Shown one piece after another: positions 27,388 to 37,398 of a stretch of DNA of 64,000 nucleotides. A program made the position numbers and the translations under genes. The DNA lies in contig CAVQCT010000005.1 of assembly GCA_963711085.1 (NCBI GenBank), forward strand, positions 107,859 through 171,858, given 5' to 3'. Origin of the DNA: an uncultured candidate division Zixibacteria bacterium (GTDB lineage Bacteria; Zixibacteria; MSB-5A5; GN15; FEB-12). Numbering within the stretch: position 1 is the first letter of the stretch; every line of letters starts with the position of its first letter. The notes under the pieces are model-generated. The model had not been told where the DNA came from. It made no database searches and was given only the letters and a program-made list of their open reading frames with translations.

Positions 27388-28776
27388 TTGAAGGAGCTTC
27401 TGCGAGTAGACCTCAGTGCGTTCGAAGAGTATGATCGTGCCCAGCATTCAGTGATGCTTGCGGAAGCTTCTATCCACTCCGGCGAATATAGAATTGAAGG
27501 ACTTGAAAAAGCCATAGAGATTCTCAAGGCGAATCGCGACTTTGCCACTCTTGCGAAGGCAAAGCACCTAATGGGCTGGTTGATGACCCTTTCTGGAAAT
27601 CCCTCGGCAGGCAAAGAGCCTTTAATGGAGGCATACGTTCTATATCGTCAAGACAATGACGAGAAGGGTGTGTGCCGTGCCCCAAACCACTTGGCTAGAG
27701 CATGTTTCATGACAGGGGACGCAGATATAGCGATTAGTAATCTCAGAAACTGCCTGAGAATATCCCGGGCGAGTTCAGACGCCGAAGCGAGTAAAGCTGC
27801 GATGATGAACCTCGCAACCGTATTACTCCGGAGCGGTCGCATCCAAGAAGCAGTAACTGCATATCAGGAAGTTACCAGGGTGATTGGACATGAGATCGAC
27901 CGTGACGCGGTAGTCTGCCACATGATGTCTGCACTCCCCCACGCATTCACGGGAGATTACGCTGCAGCGAAGAAGTGCCTGCGGAGGGGTATGAAACTCT
28001 CCGATAACTTTGCGAGAGAGAAATCGATCTGCTTCGAGAACGAAGGCTTGATTTACATTCTCGCGGAAGATCTTGCTGCCGCGCAGAAGTCACTGCAGGC
28101 CGGGCTGGATATCGCATTGGAGATCGCACCGGATTCGGATCTCGTCTCCCAAATCAAGCGGCTGTTTGGGGATCTCTACTGGGAGATGCAAAAGCCTGAA
28201 ATCGCCGAGAAGTATGCGTCCGAAGCGCTGGCGGTAGCCGAAAAGATCGATCAAAAAGTCGAAATCGCCGCCTGTTATCGCATCCTCGCCCAGATAGAGG
28301 CAGGCTGAGACGGGAGCGAACGGGCTCACGAGCGGTTCAAAAAGGCGATCGACCTGTTCAGCCAGATTGGTTCGCAGTACGAACTGGCCGTAACGCGATA
28401 TGCCGCCGCCTGCTCAGGGATCTACTCCCATGTCGAGAAGGTGGCGATGCTCTATCTCGCGAAAGAGTATTTTGAGTCCGAAAAGATCGCACCCAATCTC
28501 AAAAGAGTCGGCGATGAACTGGCTCAATGCGAAGGTTCCGGATCCATTCCGGCGTCGCCTCCGGCAAACTCCGCCTCCAGCCTGACCATAATCACATCGA
28601 ATATCCGCATGAAGCAGATCCTCGAACTGGCCCGCCATGTGACCCCGCTGCCGTCGAGCGTCCTGTTCACCGGCGAAACCGGGACCGGCAAGGATCTGAT
28701 GGCGCGGTATATTCACGAGCAGAGCGGACGGACCGGCGATTTCGTGCCGGTCAACTCCGCCATTTCTGCGCAATAG
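27388..28776 (+). pseudogene. TPR-sensor / sigma54-dependent activator remnant (in-frame TGA at 28306, AAA+ domain truncated after Walker A)
   Basis: ORFs 27388..28308 and 28441..28776 share one frame, and the only intervening stop is TGA 28306-28308. The end reads SSVLFTGETGTGKDLMARYIHEQSGRTGDFVPVN (start of a sigma54-interaction domain). It then terminates inside the 3' end of convergent nadE. Confidence 0.6.
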
Positions 28777-30391
28777 GGATCCGGCGGCCGGGACCGAAAG
28801 CTTTGACCGTGATTTTCAAACCGGGAGGCATCTGGCGGCGCTTGTACTCGTTGCGGATGATCATGCGCACGACATCTTCGACCAGCGTCCGATCGAATCC
28901 ATCTTTCATGATCTCTTCAACCCCCATGCCACGTTCGATGAATCTTTCGATAATTGCATCGAGCACCGGATAGGGCGGCAAAGAGTCTTCATCCTTCTGA
29001 TCCGGTTTGAGTTCCGCGCTTGGCGGCTTGGTGATGATAGATCTCGGGATGATCTCTCGTTCTCTCGATTGATGATAGTCGCAAAGTCGATAGACCATTG
29101 TTTTCGGAACATCGCTGATAACGGCCAGTCCGCCGGCCATATCGCCGTACAGAGTGCAGTATCCGGGGGCCATCTCAGATTTGTTACCGGTTGTCAGAAG
29201 CAGATGGCCGAATTTGTTTGAAAGGGCCATGAGGATGACGCCGCGAATGCGTGCCTGGATGTTCTCTTCGGTCGTGTCCGGTTGGCGTCCGGCAAACACC
29301 GGTTTGAGATGCTCTTCGAAATCTTTGAAAAGGCCGTCGATCCGCACCTGCTCGTACTTGATGCCGAGATTCTTCACCAATGCTTCGGCATCGGTGATCG
29401 AACCGGGGGAAGAGTACGGCGAGGGCATCGAGACACCGAGCAAATTCTCAGCCCCAAGCGCTCTGGCGCCGATAACAGCGACCAGCGCCGAGTCGATTCC
29501 GCCGGACAAACCTAGTACTGCCGACTTGAATCCGCATTTGTGCGCGTAATCACGGGTGCCGAGCGTCAAGGCCTTGAGGGCTGCTTCTTCATCGGTCTCA
29601 GAGCAGTGATGGATCTCGCTCGTTCCGTTTTCGGTATCGACAACGATTAGATCCTCTTCGAAATCCACACACCGTCCCAGCATCGTTCCATCCGATGCAT
29701 ACGCCAGACTATGGCCGTCGAACACCAGGTCATCGTTCCCACCCACTTGATTGACGAAGATCAGCGGTCGTCCATAATCTCTGGCGGCTGCTCGAAGCAT
29801 CTCCGGGCGGAGGAGCCGTTTGCTCAGCGTAAACGGTGAAGCGGATATATTAATGAGGAGTTCGGCCCCGGCGTTCACCTGTTCGGCGACCGGGTCGCGG
29901 TCGTACAGCCGCTTTGGCCAGAATTCCGGATCGTTCCAGATATCCTCACAAATCGAGATCCCGAGTTTTGTCCCTTTGAACTCAACCGTATGAACTTCGC
30001 TGGCCGGCTCGAAATATCGACGTTCGTCAAAAATATCGTATGTCGGCAGGAGCATCTTGGTGTGCGTCGATACGATCTTACCGTCATCAATAAGAGCGGC
30101 GCAGTTGCGAAGGTCCTTTCCGATTCTTCGTTGAATCCGATCGACATACCCGACAATCACGCCAATGCTGTGCACCTGGCCGGCCAGTTCCTTGAGCAGT
30201 GCAAGGTTCCTGTCTATGAAAGTGGGGCGTTCCAGCAAATCGTGCGCGGGATAGCCGATCAGGCACATTTCAGGAAAGACGCAGAGATCAGCCTGCAGGC
30301 CTTTGGCACGATCAGCGAAATCGAGAATCCGCTTCAGGTTACCGTCGAAATCCCCGATGGTCGGGTTCATTTGAGCCAGGGCGATTTTCAT
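28751..30391 (-). CDS. nadE: Glutamine-dependent NAD+ synthetase
   Basis: N-terminal nitrilase/CN-hydrolase domain (MKIALAQMNPTIGDF...FPEMCLIGYP), a C-terminal synthetase SGGIDS P-loop, and the end ..RRIPIAQKWRS. The ATG at 30391 is preferred. The ORF track extends to 30484. Confidence 0.9.
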   Translation of the reverse strand: MKIALAQMNPTIGDFDGNLKRILDFADRAKGLQADLCVFPEMCLIGYPAHDLLERPTFIDRNLALLKELAGQVHSIGVIVGYVDRIQRRIGKDLRNCAALIDDGKIVSTHTKMLLPTYDIFDERRYFEPASEVHTVEFKGTKLGISICEDIWNDPEFWPKRLYDRDPVAEQVNAGAELLINISASPFTLSKRLLRPEMLRAAARDYGRPLIFVNQVGGNDDLVFDGHSLAYASDGTMLGRCVDFEEDLIVVDTENGTSEIHHCSETDEEAALKALTLGTRDYAHKCGFKSAVLGLSGGIDSALVAVIGARALGAENLLGVSMPSPYSSPGSITDAEALVKNLGIKYEQVRIDGLFKDFEEHLKPVFAGRQPDTTEENIQARIRGVILMALSNKFGHLLLTTGNKSEMAPGYCTLYGDMAGGLAVISDVPKTMVYRLCDYHQSREREIIPRSIITKPPSAELKPDQKDEDSLPPYPVLDAIIERFIERGMGVEEIMKDGFDRTLVEDVVRMIIRNEYKRRQMPPGLKITVKAFGPGRRIPIAQKWRS

Positions 30392-30499
30392 GTTGGGGAT
30401 AAAGATAGAGCTTTCGGCCGGCCGCCGCAATTCGAAAAAAGAGACTGCCTGCCCCTGTGACAGGGCAGGCAGAATGCCAGTCATTGGTGCAAGTCTCGG

Positions 30500-30862
30500 T
30501 TAGTCCATCGAGAGGCAGCGGAACACCTGTTCACGACTGCCGTCCTGGAACAGGATTTCCTGTTCCATCACCTGCTTGATATTGTCCGGGCCGATAACAT
30601 TCGGATCATACGTAATCACCGCCTTGTGTTCGGTGGCGAAGGTCTCGATGCCGATAATCCCCGGCATATTGTCGTACAGGGAAGTGAAGAACCCGGCCGT
30701 TCCCTTGCATTTGAGTCCGTCGACAACACAAACCACCTGCGAACCTGCTTTGGTGTCATAGGCTATATTCGTGGTCGGCTGCGTGAAAGCGGTGCGGAGA
30801 AAATAGCCACCGAGCAGCGCGACGAACAACAGTAATGGAATGATGAGTCTGGGTATTCGCAT
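30500..30862 (-). CDS. Membrane-anchored HMA-like (ferredoxin-fold) domain protein without CxxC
   Basis: N-terminal TM helix, then VVCVVDGLKCKGTAGFF...IGIETFATEHKAVITYDP, which resembles a heavy-metal-associated fold. Located 8 nt downstream of the polyferredoxin gene. Confidence 0.5.
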   Translation of the reverse strand: MRIPRLIIPLLLFVALLGGYFLRTAFTQPTTNIAYDTKAGSQVVCVVDGLKCKGTAGFFTSLYDNMPGIIGIETFATEHKAVITYDPNVIGPDNIKQVMEQEILFQDGSREQVFRCLSMD

Positions 30863-30870
30863 AGTTTCAC

Positions 30871-31644
30871 CTATAAGCTAACTTTCACTTGCAGGGTATT
30901 CTGCTCCGGACAGGCATCGACACACTCGAGGCAGTTGGTGCAGTCGCGATGTCGGACCACCTTGAGTTCCTGTACCGGGATATCCCACATGCACGCCTTG
31001 CTGCATTTTCCGCAGGAGGTGCAGGTCGTCTCATCACGTGAGATCTTGATCAGTCCGATCCGGCTGAAGGGATCGAATATCGCACCGAGCGGACAGAGAT
31101 ACCGGCAGAATAACATCGGAACGAAAATAGCGCCGATCGTAATGACCGACAGCACCGCAATCGAAATCCATCCGACACTGCCGTGGCCTAGCCCGGAGAA
31201 GATCAGATAGAATGGATCGTAGCCGCGAAGAATCAGGTCGCCGATACGGTAAGTGAAGTAGAGCGAAATTATCAGGACGACATACCGAAGCAGCTTCAAC
31301 CAGTTGTTAACCGGACGCTTTACTCTTGGGCGCTTTTTCCAGGTCAGTCCGCCGAATCTTCCCAGCAGCTCACCCAAAAATCCGATCGGGCAGCCCCAGC
31401 CGCAGAAGGATTTCTTGGATATGATGACCAATGCGATGAGCGCCAGCATCAGCGAGAGGTTGATCGGACCCAGGGCGCAAGTGAACTCACCGGTGGTGAA
31501 AAGTCCCCAGAGGCTCTCAGCCCCGCCGAACGGGCAATAAGCCTCAAACGACCGGGTGCCGTAGCCCAGCGCAAGATAGGTGACCAGCCCCGCGATGATT
31601 ATGAATGTACCGTAGCGGAAATATCTGCTTTTTACCGCAGTCAT
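30871..31644 (-). CDS. Membrane polyferredoxin (NapH/MauN/YccM-like 4Fe-4S binding protein)
   Basis: TM helices with CPFGG, CGWGCPIG and CRYLCPLG motifs, plus the C-terminal clusters CTSCGKCSKAC and CTNCLECVDACP. Confidence 0.75.
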   Translation of the reverse strand: MTAVKSRYFRYGTFIIIAGLVTYLALGYGTRSFEAYCPFGGAESLWGLFTTGEFTCALGPINLSLMLALIALVIISKKSFCGWGCPIGFLGELLGRFGGLTWKKRPRVKRPVNNWLKLLRYVVLIISLYFTYRIGDLILRGYDPFYLIFSGLGHGSVGWISIAVLSVITIGAIFVPMLFCRYLCPLGAIFDPFSRIGLIKISRDETTCTSCGKCSKACMWDIPVQELKVVRHRDCTNCLECVDACPEQNTLQVKVSL

Positions 31645-31881
31645 TCGCGTTACTCCTCTGTTTTTGTTACCTTACAAAACAGGCCGGTCCGGAAAAAGGG
31701 ATCGGCCCGCCCACAGGACAATATACAAAGAAATACCGAATTATCCACTATCAGTTTCATCTTCGGAAAAGAAAAGGCCGGATCAAAAGAGATTAATCCG
31801 GTCATATTCGGAGAGTCGAAGTTTCCCGCTGTTATCTGATTGTTACGCAATCGGCAGCCGTGAATTCCACAAAGCTCGGCG

Positions 31882-32652
31882 CTACCGCCGAGCCATCTGT
31901 TCCATCACCGATACTTCCCTGATGTAGTTGATGGCGATCTCCTTCTGAGCCGGGTTGGTGTAGACCTCGGCCTGAGGGGACTCGATCAGCTTAACCATAA
32001 CTTCGGCCACCTGCGCCGCAGTTTGAGCGTTCATAGCTTTGTAGTCAATAGAAGTAGGGGGTGGGCCGTTGAGGACATTCCTGCCGAAATCGGTCGCGAC
32101 GAGCCCGGGGAGAACCGTCGAGACATGGATCTCTGGATACTTGGTCGCAAGGTCCATCCGTAAATTGGCGGTGAGGCTGTTGAGGGCTGCCTTCGCGGCG
32201 CTGTAAATTGACCTGATCGAAGCAAAAGGGACTTTACTCAAAAACGATGAAACATTAACGAGATGTCCTTGACCTCTTTCCTTGAAATAAGGGATGATCG
32301 TCTGCATCCCGTACAAGGCGGACTTTAGATTGACGCTGATAATCTCATCGACGTCTTCATCGGTAAGCTCCATAACGGGACGATTGATACCCCGTCCGGC
32401 ATTGTTCACCCAGACATCGATCACCCCGAACTTGTCCAGCGCCGCTTTCTTCAGCTTTTCCATGTCCTGTCGCTTGCGAACGTCGACGACTACAACGGCA
32501 GTTTCAGTACCGCTCTCGGCGGCCACTTTCTTCAATTCAGCTTCACGTCGTGCTGCCAGCACCAGTTTGTGTCCCTGTTTGCCGAGTTGTCGGGCCAATT
32601 CCGCGCCGATACCGCTGCTTGCTCCGGTGATTACGATTACTTTTGCCGGCAT
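31882..32652 (-). CDS. Short-chain dehydrogenase/reductase (SDR)
   Basis: TGASSGIGAELA cofactor motif and YSAAKAAL catalytic motif. Confidence 0.85.
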   Translation of the reverse strand: MPAKVIVITGASSGIGAELARQLGKQGHKLVLAARREAELKKVAAESGTETAVVVVDVRKRQDMEKLKKAALDKFGVIDVWVNNAGRGINRPVMELTDEDVDEIISVNLKSALYGMQTIIPYFKERGQGHLVNVSSFLSKVPFASIRSIYSAAKAALNSLTANLRMDLATKYPEIHVSTVLPGLVATDFGRNVLNGPPPTSIDYKAMNAQTAAQVAEVMVKLIESPQAEVYTNPAQKEIAINYIREVSVMEQMARR

Positions 32653-32771
32653 GCTTTCCTCTCTAGTCGAATCTCATACTGCTCTACCGTACATGGAGTA
32701 CTCTACCTATGCAACAGCGCAGCGTGGTCGGTTTGTTCACCGTAAGAGCAAATGAGCGGTGATCGCCGAAT

Positions 32772-34979
32772 TTATTTCTTCCACTGCTCCAATTCGGGGA
32801 CGACACCGGAATCAACATCGATACCAACTCCGAAGTTATTGGCCCCGTAGGTCGAATCATCAGCGGAAGGCTGCAACCACATGGCATTGTTCTTCGCGAA
32901 TGAACTCGGAGATTCTGATGTGTCGGTGTACTCAAAGTACGAGTCTTGTCCTCCAATATCGATAAAACCGCCGAATGACTTCGAGTAGAAGTAGTATGGC
33001 GTGAGCTTGGATGGATGACGGTAGTCATCACGATAAGTCGCTTCACCAAGCCCGGGCGTGTCTTTACCAAGATAGTACTTATCATTGCCGCCGATATCGA
33101 TCAGGAAGGCATCGGAACGGATCTGCGCGAGGCCCATCGAAATCATCTTGGCTCGGTAGACGTCATCGCCACCTATATTAATGAGGAAGGCATTGGTAAA
33201 ATCCCAGCCGAAACCGAGCGCGGCGCCGGCTGTTTCAAACAGCTCGTGCCGGTCATTGCCACCTTCGTCGAGAAGAATTCCGTTGCAGTAGTGGGCTCCC
33301 GATCCCTGGGTGAAATAGCAGGACTTGTATATATCATCGCCGGAACGGTCATCGACAATACCGGTTGAAAACCAGTAGCCAACGCCGAGTGTCCAATTGC
33401 CGGAGTAGTAAGTATCGTTTCCGTGAATATCAATGATAGCGCCAAGTCCGCCCGCCCAGGCATGGCCATCGGAGCCATCGCCGCGCCGACCGAACCCGGC
33501 TCCTTGCGCATTGTTCGCATTGATCTTGTTTTGACTATGGTAGTCGCCTCGGTTGTAAACGCTGGTGTAAGGCTCGGCGGTGTACTTGTCGTTGCCGTCG
33601 AACGATGCACAAACTCCGACCCCTCCACCGATTCCGCCCATCCCCTGACCGTCGCCATACAAGTAGTACTCGTCGTCACCAGTCCCGTCGAAACATAATC
33701 CGATTCCAAAATATCCGGCTCCCTGAGCGGAGAGATCGGCTTTGTATTTGTCATTTCCTTCACGATCCATCAGGATCCCGACGCCAAGCATCCCGGCCCC
33801 CTGGGCGAAAGTCGAACCATTGTAATGATCGTCTCCTTTGCTGTCGAGAACCAGGCCGACTCCGAGCAAACCCACCCCGGCCGAGGGCGGATACGATGGC
33901 TTATCATAGCCATAGTAATCATCCCCACCCAGATCTATCACAACCGAGACCGGGTTGGAAACCGAAGAGGTCGCGCCCGGGGTTCCCTGGTAGATAGTGT
34001 TACGGCCGAAATCGACGATCAGCAGAGTGTTGGTCGCGTCGATCTCATACCACCCATTCAGCGGTGCTCTGAGCGATCCCATAAAACTGTTGGGAATCTT
34101 GTCGATTTTGTAGACAGGGGAGAGGATAGCGATTCTTCCGAACGGTGTGTTCATCTCCATTTGAAAATCATCGGGGATCTGCCTGACGAATCTTTTTAGT
34201 GATGATTCCGCCAGCTCCGATGCCGCTGCTACTTTGAGCGCGGCATAATGCAGCGAAGGCCAGTCGATCGTGCGGGCGAGGTCATCAAGCTCTGGATGAT
34301 AAACCATCCCGTCTCCCTGGGTATCGGCCAGATCTCTGATGGCGAATGCCCGCTCCATTTCGCCGCGATCGCAATTGCGAAATGCTTTCTCGCGCCAGGA
34401 GATCGCATCGGAAAGATTGACAATCAGCTGGGCAAGGATAATCTGTACGCTGTCAGGCAGCGCTTTAGTTTTGTCGGAAATTTCCTGCCGGTAGTTGGGC
34501 CAGTCGGCCTTCGCGCCAAAGGTGTAGAATTGCGTCGATTGCCCGGCCAGAGCGAACAGTTGGTCAATCGCCTGTGCCAGGGGTGCCTCACCAGAGGGGG
34601 CGGGCAGGGGATTCGCAGAGTATGATCTGAACCCGCCAAGCTTCTTATCGACTCCCAGGTTATAGACCAGCTTGTAAAGTCCGTCATGGGCAGTGTCGGC
34701 GTAAGACGGGTCAAGGTACATCTCGACCGTATTCCCCATGACCTCGGCATAGTCGTACAACTTCAGCGGCTCCGCGTACAGATCGTCAAACGAAGTGAGT
34801 TTATACGGGATGTCCAGCGGAAACCGATTCCAGTACCCTTTTGGCTGATAACCGAGGTCGGCTCGGGAAAAGCCCACCTGATTAAGGATCCGGCCGAGGA
34901 TATCATTGTCCTGGGCGGGGACAGCCGAAGCCAAACTCAGGCAACATGACAGAAAAATGACAATCCGATGCACCTTCAT
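32772..34979 (-). CDS. Secreted protein with an N-terminal helical domain and ~11 G-x-D-x-Y repeats (beta-helix-like)
   Basis: Signal peptide MKVHRIVIFLSCCLSLASAVPA. Repeats include DLGGDDYY, DSKGDDHY, DREGNDKY, DGTGDDEY, DGNDKY, DIHGNDTY, DRSGDDIY, DEGGNDRH, NIGGDDVY, DIGGNDKY and DIGGQDSY, separated by QGAG/GxG segments. Confidence 0.75.
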   Translation of the reverse strand: MKVHRIVIFLSCCLSLASAVPAQDNDILGRILNQVGFSRADLGYQPKGYWNRFPLDIPYKLTSFDDLYAEPLKLYDYAEVMGNTVEMYLDPSYADTAHDGLYKLVYNLGVDKKLGGFRSYSANPLPAPSGEAPLAQAIDQLFALAGQSTQFYTFGAKADWPNYRQEISDKTKALPDSVQIILAQLIVNLSDAISWREKAFRNCDRGEMERAFAIRDLADTQGDGMVYHPELDDLARTIDWPSLHYAALKVAAASELAESSLKRFVRQIPDDFQMEMNTPFGRIAILSPVYKIDKIPNSFMGSLRAPLNGWYEIDATNTLLIVDFGRNTIYQGTPGATSSVSNPVSVVIDLGGDDYYGYDKPSYPPSAGVGLLGVGLVLDSKGDDHYNGSTFAQGAGMLGVGILMDREGNDKYKADLSAQGAGYFGIGLCFDGTGDDEYYLYGDGQGMGGIGGGVGVCASFDGNDKYTAEPYTSVYNRGDYHSQNKINANNAQGAGFGRRGDGSDGHAWAGGLGAIIDIHGNDTYYSGNWTLGVGYWFSTGIVDDRSGDDIYKSCYFTQGSGAHYCNGILLDEGGNDRHELFETAGAALGFGWDFTNAFLINIGGDDVYRAKMISMGLAQIRSDAFLIDIGGNDKYYLGKDTPGLGEATYRDDYRHPSKLTPYYFYSKSFGGFIDIGGQDSYFEYTDTSESPSSFAKNNAMWLQPSADDSTYGANNFGVGIDVDSGVVPELEQWKK

Positions 34980-35078
34980 AAGCTATTTCCTCTAAGATTT
35001 TTTCGATTTACAGGACGTATTATAGTCAGTTTATTATCAGAAACAAGCAAGTTGATTTTCAGAGTTAAGGAGGAGTGA

Positions 35079-36185
35079 GTGAGAAGATTGCTCAGCGCTG
35101 TAGCTTTGTGTTGTCTCGCCGCCGGCTGCGGGGAGAAAGTCGATAAACAAGCTTATCAGAAGGATCTCAAGAGTAAGGAGCAGGCCGAGCAGCAGGCCGA
35201 CAATCCGTCGACCGGCCCGACGATCTATGAAGGTGAAACCCACCTGGCCAATCTGAAGCAGCTTACTTTCGGCGGGCAGAATGCCGAAGCCTATTTCTCC
35301 TACGATGCTTCGGAATTGATCTTCCAGTCCAACCGCGACTCGCTTCCCTGCGATCAGATCTTCCGGATGAACTCCGATGGGTCCAATGTCAGGATGGTCT
35401 CCAACGGAAAGGGTGTGACCACCTGCTCATTCATTTCTCCCGATGGCAAGAAGATCATTTATGCCTCAACCTATCTGGCCGGCGACGACTGTCCGCCCAA
35501 ACCGGATATGTCCAAAGGGTATGTCTGGGCGCTTCATAAGGGATTCGATATCTTCCAGGCCGATCCGGATGGATCCAACCTGGTTCGGCTCACGAACACG
35601 CCCGGCTATGACGCCGAGTGCGTCTACTCACCGCAGGGAGACAAGATTCTCTTTACGTCCGTTCGCAACGGCGATCTGGATCTGTATATGATGGATTCCG
35701 ACGGCAAAAATGTGGAGCAGCTTACCAACACTCCCGGATATGACGGCGGCGGGTTCTTCTCGCTCGATGGCCAGTGGATCTGCTGGCGGGCATCCCGTCC
35801 CACCGGGAAAGATCTCGATGAATACAAGGAGCTCTTGCAGCAGGGGCTGGTCCATCCGATGCATCTTGAGATCTATGTGATGAACCTCAAGGATCGCAAA
35901 CCGATTCAGCTTACCGACAACGGTGCTGCTAACTTTGCACCGTATTTCTTCCCCGATGGTAAGTCTGTGATTTTTGCATCGAATGTCGGCGATCCCCAGG
36001 GGATGAATTTCGACCTTTACACTGTTGATATTGCCACCAAGAAAGTGGAGCGAATTACTTATTGCCCGAGTTTCGATGCCTTTCCGATGTTCAGTCACGA
36101 TGGCAAAAAGCTGGTGTTTGCCTCGAACCGAAACAGCACCAAGCCCCACGAGACGAACATCTTTATTGCCGACTGGAAGCCGTAG
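35079..36185 (+). CDS. TolB-like PD40/WD40 beta-propeller lipoprotein
   Basis: GTG after AAGGAGGAG and a lipobox (LAAGCG). Repeated PDG.(I/L).F.S.R....D(I/L)Y units (DPDGSNLVRLTNTPGYD, DSDGKNVEQLTNTPGYD). Confidence 0.8.
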   Translation: MRRLLSAVALCCLAAGCGEKVDKQAYQKDLKSKEQAEQQADNPSTGPTIYEGETHLANLKQLTFGGQNAEAYFSYDASELIFQSNRDSLPCDQIFRMNSDGSNVRMVSNGKGVTTCSFISPDGKKIIYASTYLAGDDCPPKPDMSKGYVWALHKGFDIFQADPDGSNLVRLTNTPGYDAECVYSPQGDKILFTSVRNGDLDLYMMDSDGKNVEQLTNTPGYDGGGFFSLDGQWICWRASRPTGKDLDEYKELLQQGLVHPMHLEIYVMNLKDRKPIQLTDNGAANFAPYFFPDGKSVIFASNVGDPQGMNFDLYTVDIATKKVERITYCPSFDAFPMFSHDGKKLVFASNRNSTKPHETNIFIADWKP

Positions 36186-36371
36186 TCGATAGATCGTCAT
36201 CTGTGATGGTGAGAAGGAGAGCCCTCGCTGCAGGTTAGCCCTACCGGGAGATCGCATATTCTTACGGGACGCCATCGGAGATCTGAAAGGCAAGTTGACG
36301 CAGTGGAGGTGGAGCAGAGCGTTCTTAGAAGCTGCCCATTATAACTAATACGCAAAGTGAGATAAAAACCG

Positions 36372-36983
36372 ATGCCAAAGAAGAGCAAGGCTGCCGATGA
36401 CAAAACAAATCCCAGAGTGGATGAATTCCTCCTCAAGGCGACAAGGTGGAAGAAAGAGTTTGCGAAATTGAGAGAGATATGTCTGGCCTGTGAAGTGACC
36501 GAAGAATTGAAGTGGGGAAACCCTTGTTACATGGTCGAGAAGAAGAATGTCGTCCTGATGCACGGATTCAAGGACTACTGCGCGCTCCTGTTCTTCAAGG
36601 GGGTCTTGTTACCGGACCCGAAGAAGCTCCTGGTGCAGCAGACGGAAAATGTTCAGGGACCACGCCAGATTCGATTCAGGAATGTTGCTGAGATCACCAA
36701 ATTGGCCCCAGTTGTAAGAGCCTATATTAATGAAGCGATCAAAGTTGAAAAGTCCGGTTTGAAAGTGACCCTCAAGAAGACTTCAGAGTTCGAAGCGCCG
36801 GAGGAATTTCAAGCCCGGCTTGACAAAGACGCCGCCGTGAGAAAGGCGTTCAACGCTCTGACGCCGGGACGACAACGCCAGTACCTTCTCTACTTTTCGT
36901 CAGCCAAACTTTCCAAGACTCGCGAATCGCGAATCGAAAAGTGTGTTCCGCGGATTCTCGATGGTCTGGGGATAGACGATTAG
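36372..36983 (+). CDS. YdeI/DUF1801-family protein
   Basis: C-terminal LTPGRQRQYLLYFSSAKLSKTRESRIEKCVPRIL is typical of YdeI/OmpD-associated proteins. Confidence 0.7.
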   Translation: MPKKSKAADDKTNPRVDEFLLKATRWKKEFAKLREICLACEVTEELKWGNPCYMVEKKNVVLMHGFKDYCALLFFKGVLLPDPKKLLVQQTENVQGPRQIRFRNVAEITKLAPVVRAYINEAIKVEKSGLKVTLKKTSEFEAPEEFQARLDKDAAVRKAFNALTPGRQRQYLLYFSSAKLSKTRESRIEKCVPRILDGLGIDD

Positions 36984-37212
36984 GGGTTAACGGATCCTCG
37001 CTGACATAACAGGGCCCCCAATGCTAGCTTGGAACATGAATGGCCGGTCCGAAGACGGTTCGTACTTACATAAGACTAAAAGCAGCGGGCGAATCATGAA
37101 GCGTGCAGGCGGGAAATCCCATCATCTTCCCCTCGCCTTCGGGGAAAAGGGGATTAATTCGCGGATATCACGAACTGTACTGACCGCTATTTCAGGATTA
37201 TCGCTGTAAAGG

Positions 37213-37398
37213 CTACTCGCTGACCTCTTCAAGCTCGGTGAGCCGAAGATCCTCGATCAATTCTTTCTTCCCCCGTTTACGAGAACGACTCTTTTTATGG
37301 TTGAGACGATCTTCCCAGCTTGTCTGTCGTTTCTTTGGGCTTTGATGGCGGTTGCTTTTTTCGTCTCGTTGAGAATCGGCTGCCCAACTATCTGCCAT
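37213..37398 (-). CDS. Small highly charged hypothetical protein (61 aa)
   Basis: ATG preceded by GGAGG at 7-nt spacing. Lys/Arg/Glu-rich, with no recognisable family. Confidence 0.4.
   Translation of the reverse strand: MADSWAADSQRDEKSNRHQSPKKRQTSWEDRLNHKKSRSRKRGKKELIEDLRLTELEEVSE

Noticed and set aside
13047-28308. Stop-codon reassignment or pyrrolysine-type recoding as an explanation for the in-frame TAG (13047, 26037) and TGA (28306).
   Set aside because: In this same window TAG terminates many genes at their expected ends (2424, 6355, 6957, 12712, 16699, 22115, 50279), and so does TGA (392, 2472, 4389, 4493, 18827, 18840, 22963, 25321). Ordinary nonsense changes or base-call errors are simpler explanations.
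28306-28345. Selenocysteine at TGA 28306.
   Set aside because: The context is a TPR helix, not a redox motif. Only a 4-bp GAGC/GCTC stem lies downstream, which is not a convincing SECIS. TGG to TGA is the simplest origin.
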